From Ptychomitrium polyphyllum (Eukaryota): a stretch of DNA of 64,000 bases. Below the pieces are notes generated by a model, which was not told the origin of the DNA, did not search any database, and saw only the letters and a list, made by a program, of their open reading frames with translations. Below, one piece after another: positions 51,523 to 64,000 of this stretch. Where the stretch lies: assembly GCA_973851085.1 (NCBI GenBank), contig OZ316775.1:7750001-7814000 (forward strand). Direction: 5' to 3'. Positions within the stretch are counted from its first letter, which is position 1. Every line of letters starts with the position of its first letter. The position numbers and the translations under genes were made by a program.

Positions 51523-53120
51523 GATGGAAGACAATAATTATAACACTATTATTGTTGATGAGATTTCTGCTTACTTATTTTATAAATTTTCAATGTGGAT
51601 GTTAGTTTTAATTTATTAATAACTTTCTTCATAATTACTTTACTTAATGATAAATAGAACTAATTGAAAGAATTGTTATTTCAACCCTTGTTGAGTGCTT
51701 TCTTAAAATGCTTCCTTTGAAAACCATAATTTGCATTACACGTAATTATATGCTAGTTTTTATTTGATCATACAATTTCTATATTCTAAATTAATGCATG
51801 TTTATGGATTTATAATCTTTAGATTCAATGTAGTACAATTTAAAGAACCATAACATACACTATATTATTGTAATGTTTTATTTTAAAATGGATATCATTT
51901 GAGAAATGGATGCTTGCAAATTATTATTATTATTTTTAATTATAAGTAGAAATTGCCATAAAAATAAAATCTGAAAAAGCCTTTAATTATTTTGGAATTT
52001 TTTTAATGTGCAGTGTGATCACTTTTTGTAGATAGATTAAAACATGGGTCAATTTGCAACATCAAATTATAATAACTTATATACAAATCTATAAGTAATT
52101 TAACAAATACCAAATAAATTATTTTTAGCATTTTATTGTTTAATTTTTAGATTTCAAATACACATTAAAATTGTAGCTAATTCATAGAGTCTAAAATGGC
52201 TATCATTCTAATAGCCTTAAGTAATATATGAATTTTTAATAATATCAAATATCATTGATAAGAAATCTTAATGATATTGAAGAAATTTCTAAATGATAGT
52301 AAATCAAATATATAGAATGATCTTTATTTGTGCTTATAATATTAATAAATTCCAATTTTTTTTGGAAAAAAGGCTTCTATATATGTAATGATTGTTTATA
52401 TACTCCATTACATTGATCTTTATATGTTTATATTTTAATAGTAAAAGCTTGTAATTTAACTCAACAAATGAAGAATGATTGAAATACTTTATCCTCATTT
52501 TATGACAATTATCAAAGGAACAAGATTAACTTAACTCTATAGCTACCAAATATAAATTTTCAATTTAATATAAACAAGAGTAAATTGACACTATTGAAAG
52601 CCATGAAATTAATACATTTGTAAATCATATTAGATTTTTTAAAATCATAATGCATGTGGCTTCATATTCTTGATTGATTGGTCAGAAAGAAATACCATAG
52701 TAACATTGTTGTTTAAATGAGATGGCTTAATACAAAGGCCTCCTAAATGCACCCAAAGTAACTCTAACAAAGAAACATTCCAATGCCTATGCTTCTTCAA
52801 AAAATATATTTTCCAATGCACCTAATCTGCTTACAATTAACAGATGATGTGCATGATAAAACCCCATCCACACTAAATGTGTACACCTAAGCATACACAT
52901 TGTTGAAACATAATATTCTCTAGTGATTGCTTCAAACACATCTTCCAAACAAATCATTTCACCTTCCAAAAGTTCAATCCCTTCTTAAATAATATGATCC
53001 ATCATGAAGACTGAAGGAATGCATGTGCCAAATCATGCATTCACATGCCCCCACTATCATATACCCTTCTCACAAAACAATGTCACATCATGTGTTTTAT
53101 ACAACTGAAGAGCACCCTAT

Positions 53121-53192
53121 GCAGGGCAGGGCACGGAAGGGCAGGGCAGGGCTGGGCAGGGCTGGGCTGGGCACGGAAGGGAAGGGAAGGGA
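53121..53192 (+). repeat. G-rich pentamer tandem repeat (GGGCA/GGGCT/GGGAA)
   Basis: About 12 GGG runs, mostly separated by 2 nt. Confidence 0.9.
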
Positions 53193-55415
53193 GTGGACTT
53201 CCACACGTGCCGAGCCAACTGAACCTTACTGGCGCACTGTTTGGTTTGCCGATCGCCTGACAACTCCACACAAGTGTGAAACTTGGTAGCAGCGCAGAGC
53301 TGTCGCGCAACTTTCACGCACACAGCTTTCATGGCCTGCTATCTGACGGCTGCTGTCAGCTAGCACTCGCACCTTTCAGTTTCTCTTCGTTTCTCGACAT
53401 AAGTCACCGTGATAGGCTCCCATTTCTAGCCTCAGGTCATTGTTAACGTACACATGGGGTTAAGCCTTGGCTTCTACAGTGGAGATGTTCCTTAAGTTCT
53501 CCAAGAAAGGAAAGTTTTGCAAACTACAAGGTGATGTGAAGCTCATTGATCCAAGAACAAACAAGGGGCCTTTGCAATGTTGTGATATTGGGGAGCATTG
53601 AACTTTGGACCCCCAAAAGCCAAAAGCTAGTTGATCTCCACTAAGCCAACCTTTACTTTGTCTTAGGTGCCCAAAGCTTTTCCAAGTTGTTCTTTCAAAC
53701 ATTGCTTTAATGCTTATGCCATTTATTATTAAGAACTATTATATACATAGAAAACATACTCTAAAAGTACAAGGTCAAGGTTAAGAAGTTCTACTTAACA
53801 AGTATCTTTAATATATTTGGGAAAATGAAGACGTTTCATTCTTGGTTGAAAATGAATATGCTGCTTTATGTCTTATACCATTGACAATGCTTTGTGTTGA
53901 AAATTTGAAGTACTTCAATAAGACAAGACCATCTCCAATGCACACTCCAACCTAATTTTACAACCATGGAAATACATTTAACATGGAATGTATTTATTTA
54001 CAATTAACAGTTTATATACAATATTGATTAATATTATTAGTATTACTTATATTACTTATAAGTTGTAATATTTCAAAACTATCCATTAGAATATAAAACT
54101 ACTTTATAAAGTACATTAATGAGCTGATTCTTTTTTAAAGATTGATATTGCAATGAAAAACTTTATTATGTTTGTTAAACTAAAGAATGATAACTTGTAT
54201 TTTAACTGTACAATCAATAGAATCCAAAATAACACAAAGACATGGGGATTTTGTCGTCAATTTGTAAAAATAAATCATTTATTTTAATAAATTATCAAAA
54301 TTTCGAAACTAAAGAAACAATTTTTAAATTTTTTTTACATTCAATGAATTATATTCAAATGCAAAGAAGATTATTCCTTTAGTCAAAATTGCGGTTTAAA
54401 AATGAAAGTTGATGTTTTTTCAAAGCAATATACAATGTTAATGTTTATGACTTTGATGAGCTTAAATATCATAAGTATAATGTTTTGATAACCTTTTATT
54501 GTCATTTGATGTTTTCATCACCAATATACAATAAGAATTATTATGTGGAAAAGACAAAATAGATGAGCATTAGAAATGACCAAACAAAGAACTCAACCAT
54601 ATTTTAAAATAGTTTTCACTAAATCCAAAAAATTTAGTGAATTTTAGATTGCCAAATTTATAGATAATTGCTCTCATTCCAATAGAGATATGGTTTTAAG
54701 TTTTGGATATCACCATCATATGACTAATTCTGATAATTTCCATGAACTTGCTATAATAAATGAAGGAATTTTCCAATAAATGTGATGGTAAAAAATCCAC
54801 TTAAATATCTAAAATTAATGAAAGGTCTTCTGATTTTGATTGCTTATGCATGTAAGTATTAGATAACTTATTTACATTATACTACATGCTAAACTCTTCA
54901 CCTCAAATAAAACCCAGAAACTTAGTGCAAAGCAATTCAAATAACCAAGTGGATCCCAGCGATGGCGTATCATTCTACTGTATTCAACTCATTGTGACTG
55001 ACAAGCAAATTAATATCTCAACAGTGCCAATCCAGACCAACTCATAAACTACGTCCTTATACCCAGAGCCCGAACTCGAACTGCAGTGCGCACTGTTCCA
55101 TTGAACATGCGAACATCTACAGCTGGTAATATCATTATATACCCATTTCCTAGATTGTACAAGGGGGATCGTGAGTCCATAACACCATCATGTACCCCTA
55201 GAGAATACTTGGCCGGTGGGGTCTTCATTCAAGCTAGAACTGGTCGATTTCAAGTTCCGGAGTTGTGTGCGTTTGGTGTTGTGTTGGCGGCGTTGCTGTG
55301 TTCCTGCGCAGCTTCACGCCATAGCCAGGAACATCTCCATGGCACAGTTCCTTTCTCCCGTTCTTGGAACGCAGAGCAGTCGGTCATGAGTTAAGTAGAG
55401 ACTACTCAGCATTCG

Positions 55416-55960
55416 AGCGCTTCCAATGCTGCATCGGAAAACAGAATCGCGTCCTTGACTCTCTCTCTTTCTGCTTGAAAAGCTACGCTAGGCCGTTTCT
55501 TTCTTTCTCTCTCGTTGTTTGAAATTGCGATGTCGTGATAGCTCGTTCGTTTTCTTCCGATTGTTCATTTTTGCGACTCCAAGGATGAAGATAATGGTGG
55601 ACTGAGCGATTTGCTAGAGAGGAGACTCTGCCGTGTTGTTTCTTCATGACACAGTTCCGTTCTCGTGTTCTTGGAATGCAGAGGGAATGGCCACAAGGTT
55701 TAATCACGTAAGCGCTTTTAAATGCCTCATCGGATAGTAGAATAATTTTCTTGCGTTTCTTACTGCTAGAAAGCTAAGCTAGGCCGTTTCTTTCTTTCTT
55801 TCTAGTTCCTTGACATGTGATGTTGAGATAGCTCGTTCGTTTTATAGCGTTGGCCTCTGCTGTGACTCTGCGGACGAACTTAATGGTGGACTGAGCGATT
55901 GCGTAGAGAGGTGACTCTGTGCTGATTTTTTTTCTTCTTCAGCATTGAGACATTCTTGAG
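55416..55960. repeat. Diverged tandem duplication (~290 bp period) upstream of callose synthase
   Basis: AAAGCTA(C/A)GCTAGGCCGTTTCTTTCTTTCT, GATAGCTCGTTCGTTTT, TAATGGTGGACTGAGCGATT and AGAGAGG(A/T)GACTCTG each occur twice about 290 bp apart. Confidence 0.88.
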
Positions 55961-56900
55961 TCGGAGGCGCTTGTTTTGGAGGAAGTTCAGTTATTACAGA
56001 ATTGCTGTTATCACATTTAGAAGCGCCACCGGCTGTGTGGTCGTTCATCTAGAAAGAAATAGATGAGAGCCAATAGTGTGTTTGTGGTGTGGTGGAAACT
56101 GAGCTTGGTGGCTTTCTGGCGTGGTTACAGCCTGCGGCTTGTCGATTGGCTCTTGCACGTACGGATTTCCAACTTAAGCGTTTTTGGTGTAGATTGGTGA
56201 CTTGTAGACATCTATCTGAAGGCGGATTTTTTGCGACCTTATTTTCAGTTCTTTAAGTTTCTCTAGGAATATTTTTGCTTTACGAAATAATGTTCGTGCA
56301 CCGAGTAGAGTTTGGTTTTGAGAATATTTTTCAGGTGACAAGGAAGAATACTAGCATTTGATACTGTCGATTGCTCGTGGTGAAGTGAGGTGAAAGAACA
56401 TTTTCTTTTATTCCCTTTTCATCCGCACTACTTTGGTGCAAAATGCTGCAGTTCAGAGCGAACGAACTACTATCTTTGTGTTTGTTCTTATCCGATTTTC
56501 TTCCGGCTGTTATTCTTTCTGTGTTAACCTTTTTCGCTGCTCATGGACATGGACATCGTTCACCTCAGCATCTCAAACTTTGGCTTCTGCAATTTAGCCT
56601 GTCCTTATTCATGCATCTTCCACATATTAGTCTTTCCTGCTTCTCATTCAGCAATTCTATTAACGTGTAGGGGTATACGTCTTACAAAACTCTAGCCATG
56701 AGCTTTTCAAGAGAAGGGATGACACTGCAACAGGAATACTGACGCGATCTGTCTGAATTGCCAATGTTTTGACCAATTAGAAGTCGACGTTATGGAGAGG
56801 GCTAAGTTTGAAGATTCTCTGTACCTGGCAGAAACCAGCAGCAAATAGAGGCGGCTCTTTGTTTTAAAGTTTGAAACTTCTTCTCTCAGCGTGATACAAG

Positions 56901-59900
56901 ATGGCAGTCCGCGCAATCGACCGGTCGTATAATATCTTGCCGGTGGATGATTCTTCGATAGACCATGCCGGCATGTCGTTTCCTGAGGTGCTTAGAGCTT
57001 ATACTTTCTCTCCAAAGTGTGCATTCTTAAGCTAATTTAAATCAGCTTTATCAAAACTGGTATTAACCATAATGCTCCGCAAAGCAGGTCGAAATGGTAT
57101 GCCTGAAGATTCAACTGTTTTTGTGTGAATCTCTAACTTGCAAAACCATTTCAAGAAGTGGTATGTTAATATTATGTTCTCCTTCGCCGAAAATTACTTC
57201 TATGAATACAATGTTATGATCACTCCAAAGAACACATGCATCTAAGCAAAGTCCTTAACTGTTGTATAATATAGCCATTAAACTATAATTCTGGGCAAGT
57301 TCAGGTGAAAGCTGCCATTACTTCTCTGAAGTTGATTGAAGATTTACCTATACCACCCAATGTAACTTGGACACCCGATATGGATATGCTGGACTGGCTT
57401 GGAGGCTTTTTTGGGTTTCAGGTATATACTATGACCCTCATTGAAGTGAGTCTTAAAGTTTCCGTACTGAATTTAATCATCCTTTACTTTAAAAGTTGAC
57501 GTTTCAACGAAAACTTGCTATATAAGCTTGTTGTAGAGCATAACTGGGCAATCGACCTCCAGCTTCTCTAGAGTTCTGCTCTCCATTCTAGTACTTGTTA
57601 GCTGAGGCATTCAAAAACTAACTAACGTTCGTCTTGACACACGAACAGGCTGACAATGTAAGGAATCAGCGGGAACATCTTGTGCTGCTTCTAGCAAATG
57701 GAATGATGCAGTTATATCCTGCACCGACATTTGACTCAGTATGTACTGTCTCATATGCTACTAAATGCGATTTCAAGCTTTAAGAGCGTGTTTCTTTTTC
57801 CTCCTAAACTTATACATGTGCTCCTATTCCTTGAAACGCAATTAAGCTTCTAGAGAATAAGTTCTTATACATATTGCGATCGTTTTGCAGACTGTTCACA
57901 TCGAAATGATAAAGCATCTAGAAAATGTTATATATATGGAAATAAAAAGGATCTTTATTGCGAATTGGTTATTGCTGTTGATTAGGTGCAATTAAGCCGG
58001 TTTTATTTACGTTAACCATGATAATTGTTGCCCTTTTCTGGTGGTGAATGACATTCTAAAGCATCGTGAGGTGAGCTTTTGCTTCCAGATCGTTGTTCAG
58101 TACTCATCAATTTCTGAGCGATGGTCTTGGTTTCTGCAGCTGGAAAAGAGTGTAGTAAAGAAGACTCGGAAGAAAGTGACTGAAAATTATGTTTCTTGGT
58201 GCAAATTTATTGGGCGCAAAAGCCACTTGAAGTAAGACCTCCAAACAGATTGTTACAGCAGTCTGCGAACCTTCTGTAGTTAGTAGTATGTAAACTGTTT
58301 TGATGAGGCGTCCTCACAGACATGAGGGGATTCTTTCTGAATACGGCTGTAATCTTTCATGCACAATTGTAGGTGTGCATCAGTAAGAAATGTCTGCAGT
58401 TCCTTTTTACGTCTAGAGCAAACATGCAGCAATTGTTCAGATCTCTGATCACAGTTGTACTTAATTAATATAAAATTGTTTACTGTAGGCCTCCACAGAT
58501 TATGTGATTGTAGATGAAATCTAACTCGAGGTTGAAAATGTTCCAAGGTTTCCAGAGGTCAAGCAAGATCAATTTGACGAACGGCGGGAGTTGATCTACA
58601 TATGCTTGTACCTCCTGATATGGGGAGAGGCAGCAAACTTGAGGTTTATGCCTGAATGTCTGTGTTACATCTATCACCACGTAATAATCTGCGCAATTCT
58701 GAATCCTCTTCCTGTTTTATTTCTTTGTTTTGAAGTTTTTGAACCTCAGTTTTGTGGGGTGATTCAACTGTTAAGGTGATTCTTATTTTTACCACTCAGT
58801 CTGTATTTAAAGTGTGTACATTAGCAGTGTGGACTGCTTATAATCATTTATAATCTTCTCATGAATATAATGTACCTGCCACGATTATCTAAATGCTCGT
58901 ACACATGTTCTAGAATTACCGTCCCCTGCGCGTTGGCTTTTATCAAATAAAGAATAAGTGGCTCTAATGGTGGGGATTGTGTTGCAGATGCTCGGTGAAC
59001 TAAACAGGTTATTGGATTCGAGGCCAATAGATGATGCTGATGTTCATGCAATGATGCCTACCTACACAGGACATAATGGATTTCTTAATCATGTTGTTGT
59101 TCCACTGTATAGTATCCTGAAATTGGTAGGTTTTGGTCTCCTTATTGTGGAGCAATGTGTTATTGCTCTACTTGCGATTGATAATCTAGAATTGTATAAT
59201 ATACTATGTCCTCAAGTCCACCCGGAATTGCAGGATATAGGATATTTTTGATTACTTATTCATCATCCAACAAGCTGTACAACTCGTAGATTATGAGTGT
59301 CAGGCTGTACCTGCTTCACAAGTGTGGAAATCAAGCTTGTATTTGCAAGATTTCAGAAGCTATATTCGCTTCACAACTTCGTCTGCATTTCTCGTGCAGG
59401 CTGCGCTTTGTTATTCCAGGTGGTTTTCCAGAAGTTTGAGCAGTGGTTGTGTTGAACTCACAGGAGGCAGATTCAAATAATGGTGGGACAGCCCCTCACT
59501 CTTCATGGCGAAATTATGACGACCTTAACGAGTACTTCTGGTATTTCCTTAATCAGGACTGGTTGCGATTGTCAAGGTTCAGTAGAGGACAATTGTTGAA
59601 ATACTCGATTTTATTCCCATTCTTGTTACTTTTGCTAGATTGCGTTGTGACTTTTAATCTTGTTCATTGGACATGCAGGACCACACGTTGTTTCAAACAG
59701 CTACAATGGCCTCTGAAAAGGGACTGTTATTACTTTGTTGAGCCTAAGCGAGAGAAAGGTTACCTTGTAAGTACTTTACTGTGCATTGAAATCTGCACTT
59801 CATTGAGTTTTATAGAGTTGTTTCAAAATCTTAACTGTCCAATTTTTATGGATAAATGATGTATAGGAGCCTATATTGTATGTAATGGAAATCGGTGTCT

Positions 59901-62900
59901 ATTTAACGGGAGGGTATGTGTACATGAAATCCTCAAAAGTTTGAATTAGAACAGTTATGGTCGTTTTTGTAGAATCGTGGAAGAAAACCGCAACGTGAGA
60001 AGGTGGGAAAAACTGGATTTGTTGAACAGCGATCATTCTGGTATATTTTTCGAAGCTTCGACAAACTGTGGACAGGTTATATTTTGATTCTCCAGGTAAG
60101 ATTATCAAATTTTGGGTGCAATTTGAAATCTTTCCTGTCAGTCAGAGATTCAGATGAAGGGAAAGTTTTGTGATTTCCTTCACTAATTAGTAAACCTTTA
60201 CACATGTTTAGAACCTCTGCTCGAAAGCTGCTATAGTAAGCTCAATGAGATGCTAAGCAGTTATAGACTTTAAAAAATTTCCTGTTGAGATACATATTTA
60301 TGTCCAGTGTACTTTGTCAAAGTACCGATGCGTACGTCGATATTAATGGGAGGTTCCTTGTATAAGTGCATGGTTACTTTCCTTTGATTACAAAACATCA
60401 TGCTTCGACGCGTTGAAATACATCTTTTATATCATTGACCTAGTAATATCTTAATATATTTAGTATTGCAGGTTTCTGTTGTGTTACTGTGGCATAACGG
60501 TGGGCCTCCGTGGACGGAATTGCAAAAGCCAGACCCTTTGGCACGTTCCCTAAGTTTATTCATCACTTGGTCTCTTCTGAGATTCGTACAAGGTAATGGC
60601 ATCATTTTATCACTTGACACGTTACGTTCAAGAGTCGAGCAAATTGAAGCATCATCTCCTTTCTTGATGTGTATTTTTTACCTCTACTATTTTTAGATTG
60701 TCAGACACGAATTTGTGAGACAAGGAAAAATCGTGGGATTAAGCGTTTCATCAAAACCCTTCAGCGTAATCATCGGCATGAGATTAAACGTGTCCAAGAT
60801 TCACCTTCTGTGCAGGAGTGTTGACTTTTATAGGATTAAGGAGCGAATCATTTGGAAGTTAATGTGATGTAGATTTTAATTTAGAGTTTTATGGTTGGAG
60901 GGTATCGTCATTGATATTCATTTTGACTCTGGAACGGGAGCTTATTGATGTTTTGAGCTGCGTAGAGTGCTCTAGTGCCTCTCAAAACATTTTTCCTTGG
61001 TGTCGAAAATTTTGAATGGTTGTCATTGTTAAACTGCAGGATTGCTCGACGTGGGAAGCCAGTATAGTCTTGTCACCAAGGACACAGTACTCACTGGCGT
61101 GCGCATGGTCCTTAAGCTTCTGGTCGCTGCAACATGGGCTACCCTTTTCATCATATATTACAGGTTCTTACCAGTAGCTGATCCTTTCATTTGAAGTCGA
61201 AACTTGAATGCGCTGTGCATTGTGGGAGCAAACTCATTCTACTAATTTATGTTTGAATGAGCTTTCCCAGCTGACCAATTGGTCATTTTGCTGCAACTTT
61301 TCGGTACATATGACTAGAAGATGATGCAATGTGGTTACTGAGAGTGAGCCACTATTTTTGGTGTTTGAGCAGAAGGATGTGGCAGCAGCGGATGTGGGAT
61401 GGTTACTGGAGTCCACCGGCAAACAACAAGTTATATGAGTTTTTGTACATCGCTGCAGCCTTTGTTGTTCCAGAGGTCCTTGCCATTGTACTATTTATTG
61501 TGCCATGGTTGCGTAACTTCATTGAGACCTCAAGTTGGAAAATATTCCATCTCTTGACTTGGTGGTTTCAGGTACAGTATTTTTACCCTTCTGCTGGACC
61601 GTGTAGATTCAAGTATAACGGGTCCCTTCGTGTATTGATTATTATTACAGTTCTGCAGATTTTATCTGCTTCTAGCTTGACTCAAAGTCAATCCTACAAG
61701 TGTTTGTATCTAATATTATCTGACTTTGTTACTGGAGTGCGCAAATCGTACAATTTCGTTTTAACGAGTAGATTCATAATATGTCTTTGGGAGCATTTCA
61801 TACGCAGCATACCTACTACTATAACCTTGATTGCCAAGTGGTCAAAGAATTTCAATTCTGTCATAGTCTAATATCTTTTGCATCAACAGTTCTACTGGGG
61901 CCAAATATAATGTTTTTTGGAAGTTTCACGTTTGTGTTGCAGACTCGTGGTTATGTAGGCCGGGGCCTTCGTGAAGGTATCGTGGATAATGTGAAGTAAG
62001 TACTAACTAAATTTCAGTTCAGTATTAGGATGTCCCATTTATACTTCTGTATCAGCGATTGAGAAAATATAGATGTGCTACAAAAATGTCTCTATCTTAT
62101 AAGCCAGTTTTCTTCAGGATTGAGACACTGCCTCGTTGTTTAAAGCGTCAGATGTGCTGCTGCAATTATATTGGAATCGTAGTCATCAGGCATTTTTTGG
62201 TCGCAGGTATACTCTATTCTGGGCATGTGTCCTTACATCAAAATTCGCCTTCAGCTATTGGCTTCAGGTGCTTTTTGGCTTGAAACTAGGATGGGGCTCG
62301 TACGTTTAAATACAGAATATATTTTGCTATCCAATTTATCCTGTTTTCAGTGGACATCTCATTCTGTCTGTGGGTGTACCAAAAATTCATATGAACACTT
62401 CGAAAAACTGTTGGTTTCTTAATTAGATACAATACTTAGTAAACTTTTGTTTAGGTCATGACGTTCCGATGATATGAACAGATTAGACCTTTAATTGCAC
62501 CAACAAAGCAAATTAATGAGGCCACCAACGTCAAATACGAGTGGCATGAATTTTTCCCAGAAGGTATGCCTACTTTGATTTTGTTACAGTTCGATGTTGG
62601 TTTTTGATTCCTGACCTCTTGAGCTCCTACAAAACATTGAAAAATGCAATCGCTTACCTTGACCAATTGTTAAGTACAAATCAACATTAATTTGTGCTCC
62701 TACTCACTGTTTGAATTCGATCTGGTTTATGTTGTACTGAGCTTGTGCATCTTAAATATATGTCTCATTTGTTTCGCAGGTAATCGGGCTGCGGTAGTTG
62801 CATTGTGGGCTCCCGTAGTCATGGTGAGTTGATGCATCTATCGTGAACCGCTTTCAATCAAACTCTGTTCCCCATTCCAATGTAGTGGCTGCTTTCATAG

Positions 62901-64000
62901 TGCAGCAGGAGAGAATTGTTGCACAGTCTGTAAACTCTCGTAAATAATTTTATACTTATTAGCAAAGCGATGCCGCAAGCACATATGGGGCATTTATTGA
63001 TCGTCAAGTTCTACTTTTTGAATGCTTTTTCGAAGTCACACATCACCATATACGGAGTATATAGCTAGGATGTTAAATTAATGAATTTAATCACCTCATT
63101 CTAACACCAAGTGTCTACTGTGAGTAGATCTACTTCATGGATACTCAAATCTGGTACTCGATATGGTCCTCTGTTATTGGAGCTTTTGTTGGTCTTCTTC
63201 AACATCTTGGAGAGGTTTGCCTTTCTATAACTTGTTGGATGTAGGAACTTTGAGCACTTTTTTCATAATTATGTGCTTTTTCTTACTATCCGCTAGCTTA
63301 TGAATTTTTAATCTTGTCTTTTAATGGGTACTCAGATCTTCTTATTACCCTAGCCAGGAGATTTATTGTCTGAATGGCATCAAACATGTATGTGTATGTT
63401 TGTTATGCAATCTATAACATATTCTCTGTTAGCATTGTCTATCAGCCCTACAACCGAATTAACAAACTAACACTAGCACAGTATCTGACACCAGGGGTTT
63501 GTGTACCACTGATCAGATTCGGAATGTGGAGCAGCTCAGACTAAGATTTCAAATCTTTCCAAGTGCATTTCAGTTTTGTTTAATGCCAATGGACGACTCT
63601 GTACACAGGAGGTACGATCGCTATCCTATTTAGTATTTCATTCTGTAATGGATTTCAATTTCCAGTATTTTGTCTGGTAGGACATGATCCTACATAATAG
63701 TGTTGCTCAATGTGCATTTAGCAAACACCGCTTTCACTAACCTTCTAATGGTCAGGGTCACTGAAAGCACCTAATAGAGTACGTGCTTGTTAGGTGGTAC
63801 ATAACAACTGCAAATTTTAATGAGCTTATCACAATATCATTAGTTAAATCTTGGTTTTCTTTCAGCTTGGTATGGTGAAATTAAAAGTTTCCAAGACTAG
63901 TCACATAACCACATATTGTTACAAAATTCTTTCATGCTTCAGCTTTCTTAATGCCTTACGCGAATTGCATGCAATTGATATCTAAGATTTGATCACCTTG
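56901..64000 (+). CDS. Callose synthase (GSL/CalS, GT48), 5' part; continues beyond the window
   Basis: Exons encode YNILPVDD..FPEVKAA, DMLDWLGGFFGFQADNVRNQREHLVLLLAN, LYLLIWGEAANLRFMPECLCYIYHHM, APHSSWRNYDDLNEYFW, KTGFVEQRSFW, YVGRGLREG, IYFMDTQIWYSIW, HLGEIRN. Confidence 0.97.

Noticed and set aside
53337..53365. Hairpin with CTAG as a Helitron 3' end
   Set aside because: The CTAG is part of the stem rather than ~11 nt downstream, and is not followed by T.
55810..55900. Possible box C/D snoRNA pair in the duplicated units (TGATGT...CTGA)
   Set aside because: The C box is imperfect and not conserved in the first unit, there is no terminal stem, and I could not identify an rRNA complement.

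Overview
Eukaryotic plant DNA with GT-AG introns, very AT-rich intergenic tracts and nested, decayed Ty3/Gypsy chromovirus elements. The overall look suggests a moss such as Physcomitrium; this is inference only. Genes reconstructed by hand from spliced exons: (1) a secreted Cys/Pro/Trp triple-repeat protein (7568-8287 +) lying inside an old inverted duplication whose 192-bp core is nearly identical; (2) a NUDX20/24-like Nudix gene with a degenerate catalytic box (10519-13526 -); (3) a CCCH zinc-finger TRM2-type RNA m5U methyltransferase (15950-21876 +); (4) a convergent pair of DNA-repair-factor homologs, MRNIP-like (38941-39841 +) and HROB/DUF4539-like (40553-43604 -); (5) a divergent pair of CYSTM-type genes (47450-48290 -, 49680-50395 +); (6) the 5' part of an intron-rich callose synthase (56901 to window end, +). 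There is a 100-N gap at 25658-25757. Strongest novelty candidates: the inverted-repeat-flanked repeat-peptide cassette, the putative Nudix pseudo-enzyme and the MRNIP/HROB pair. Family assignments come from remembered motifs; no database search was run.
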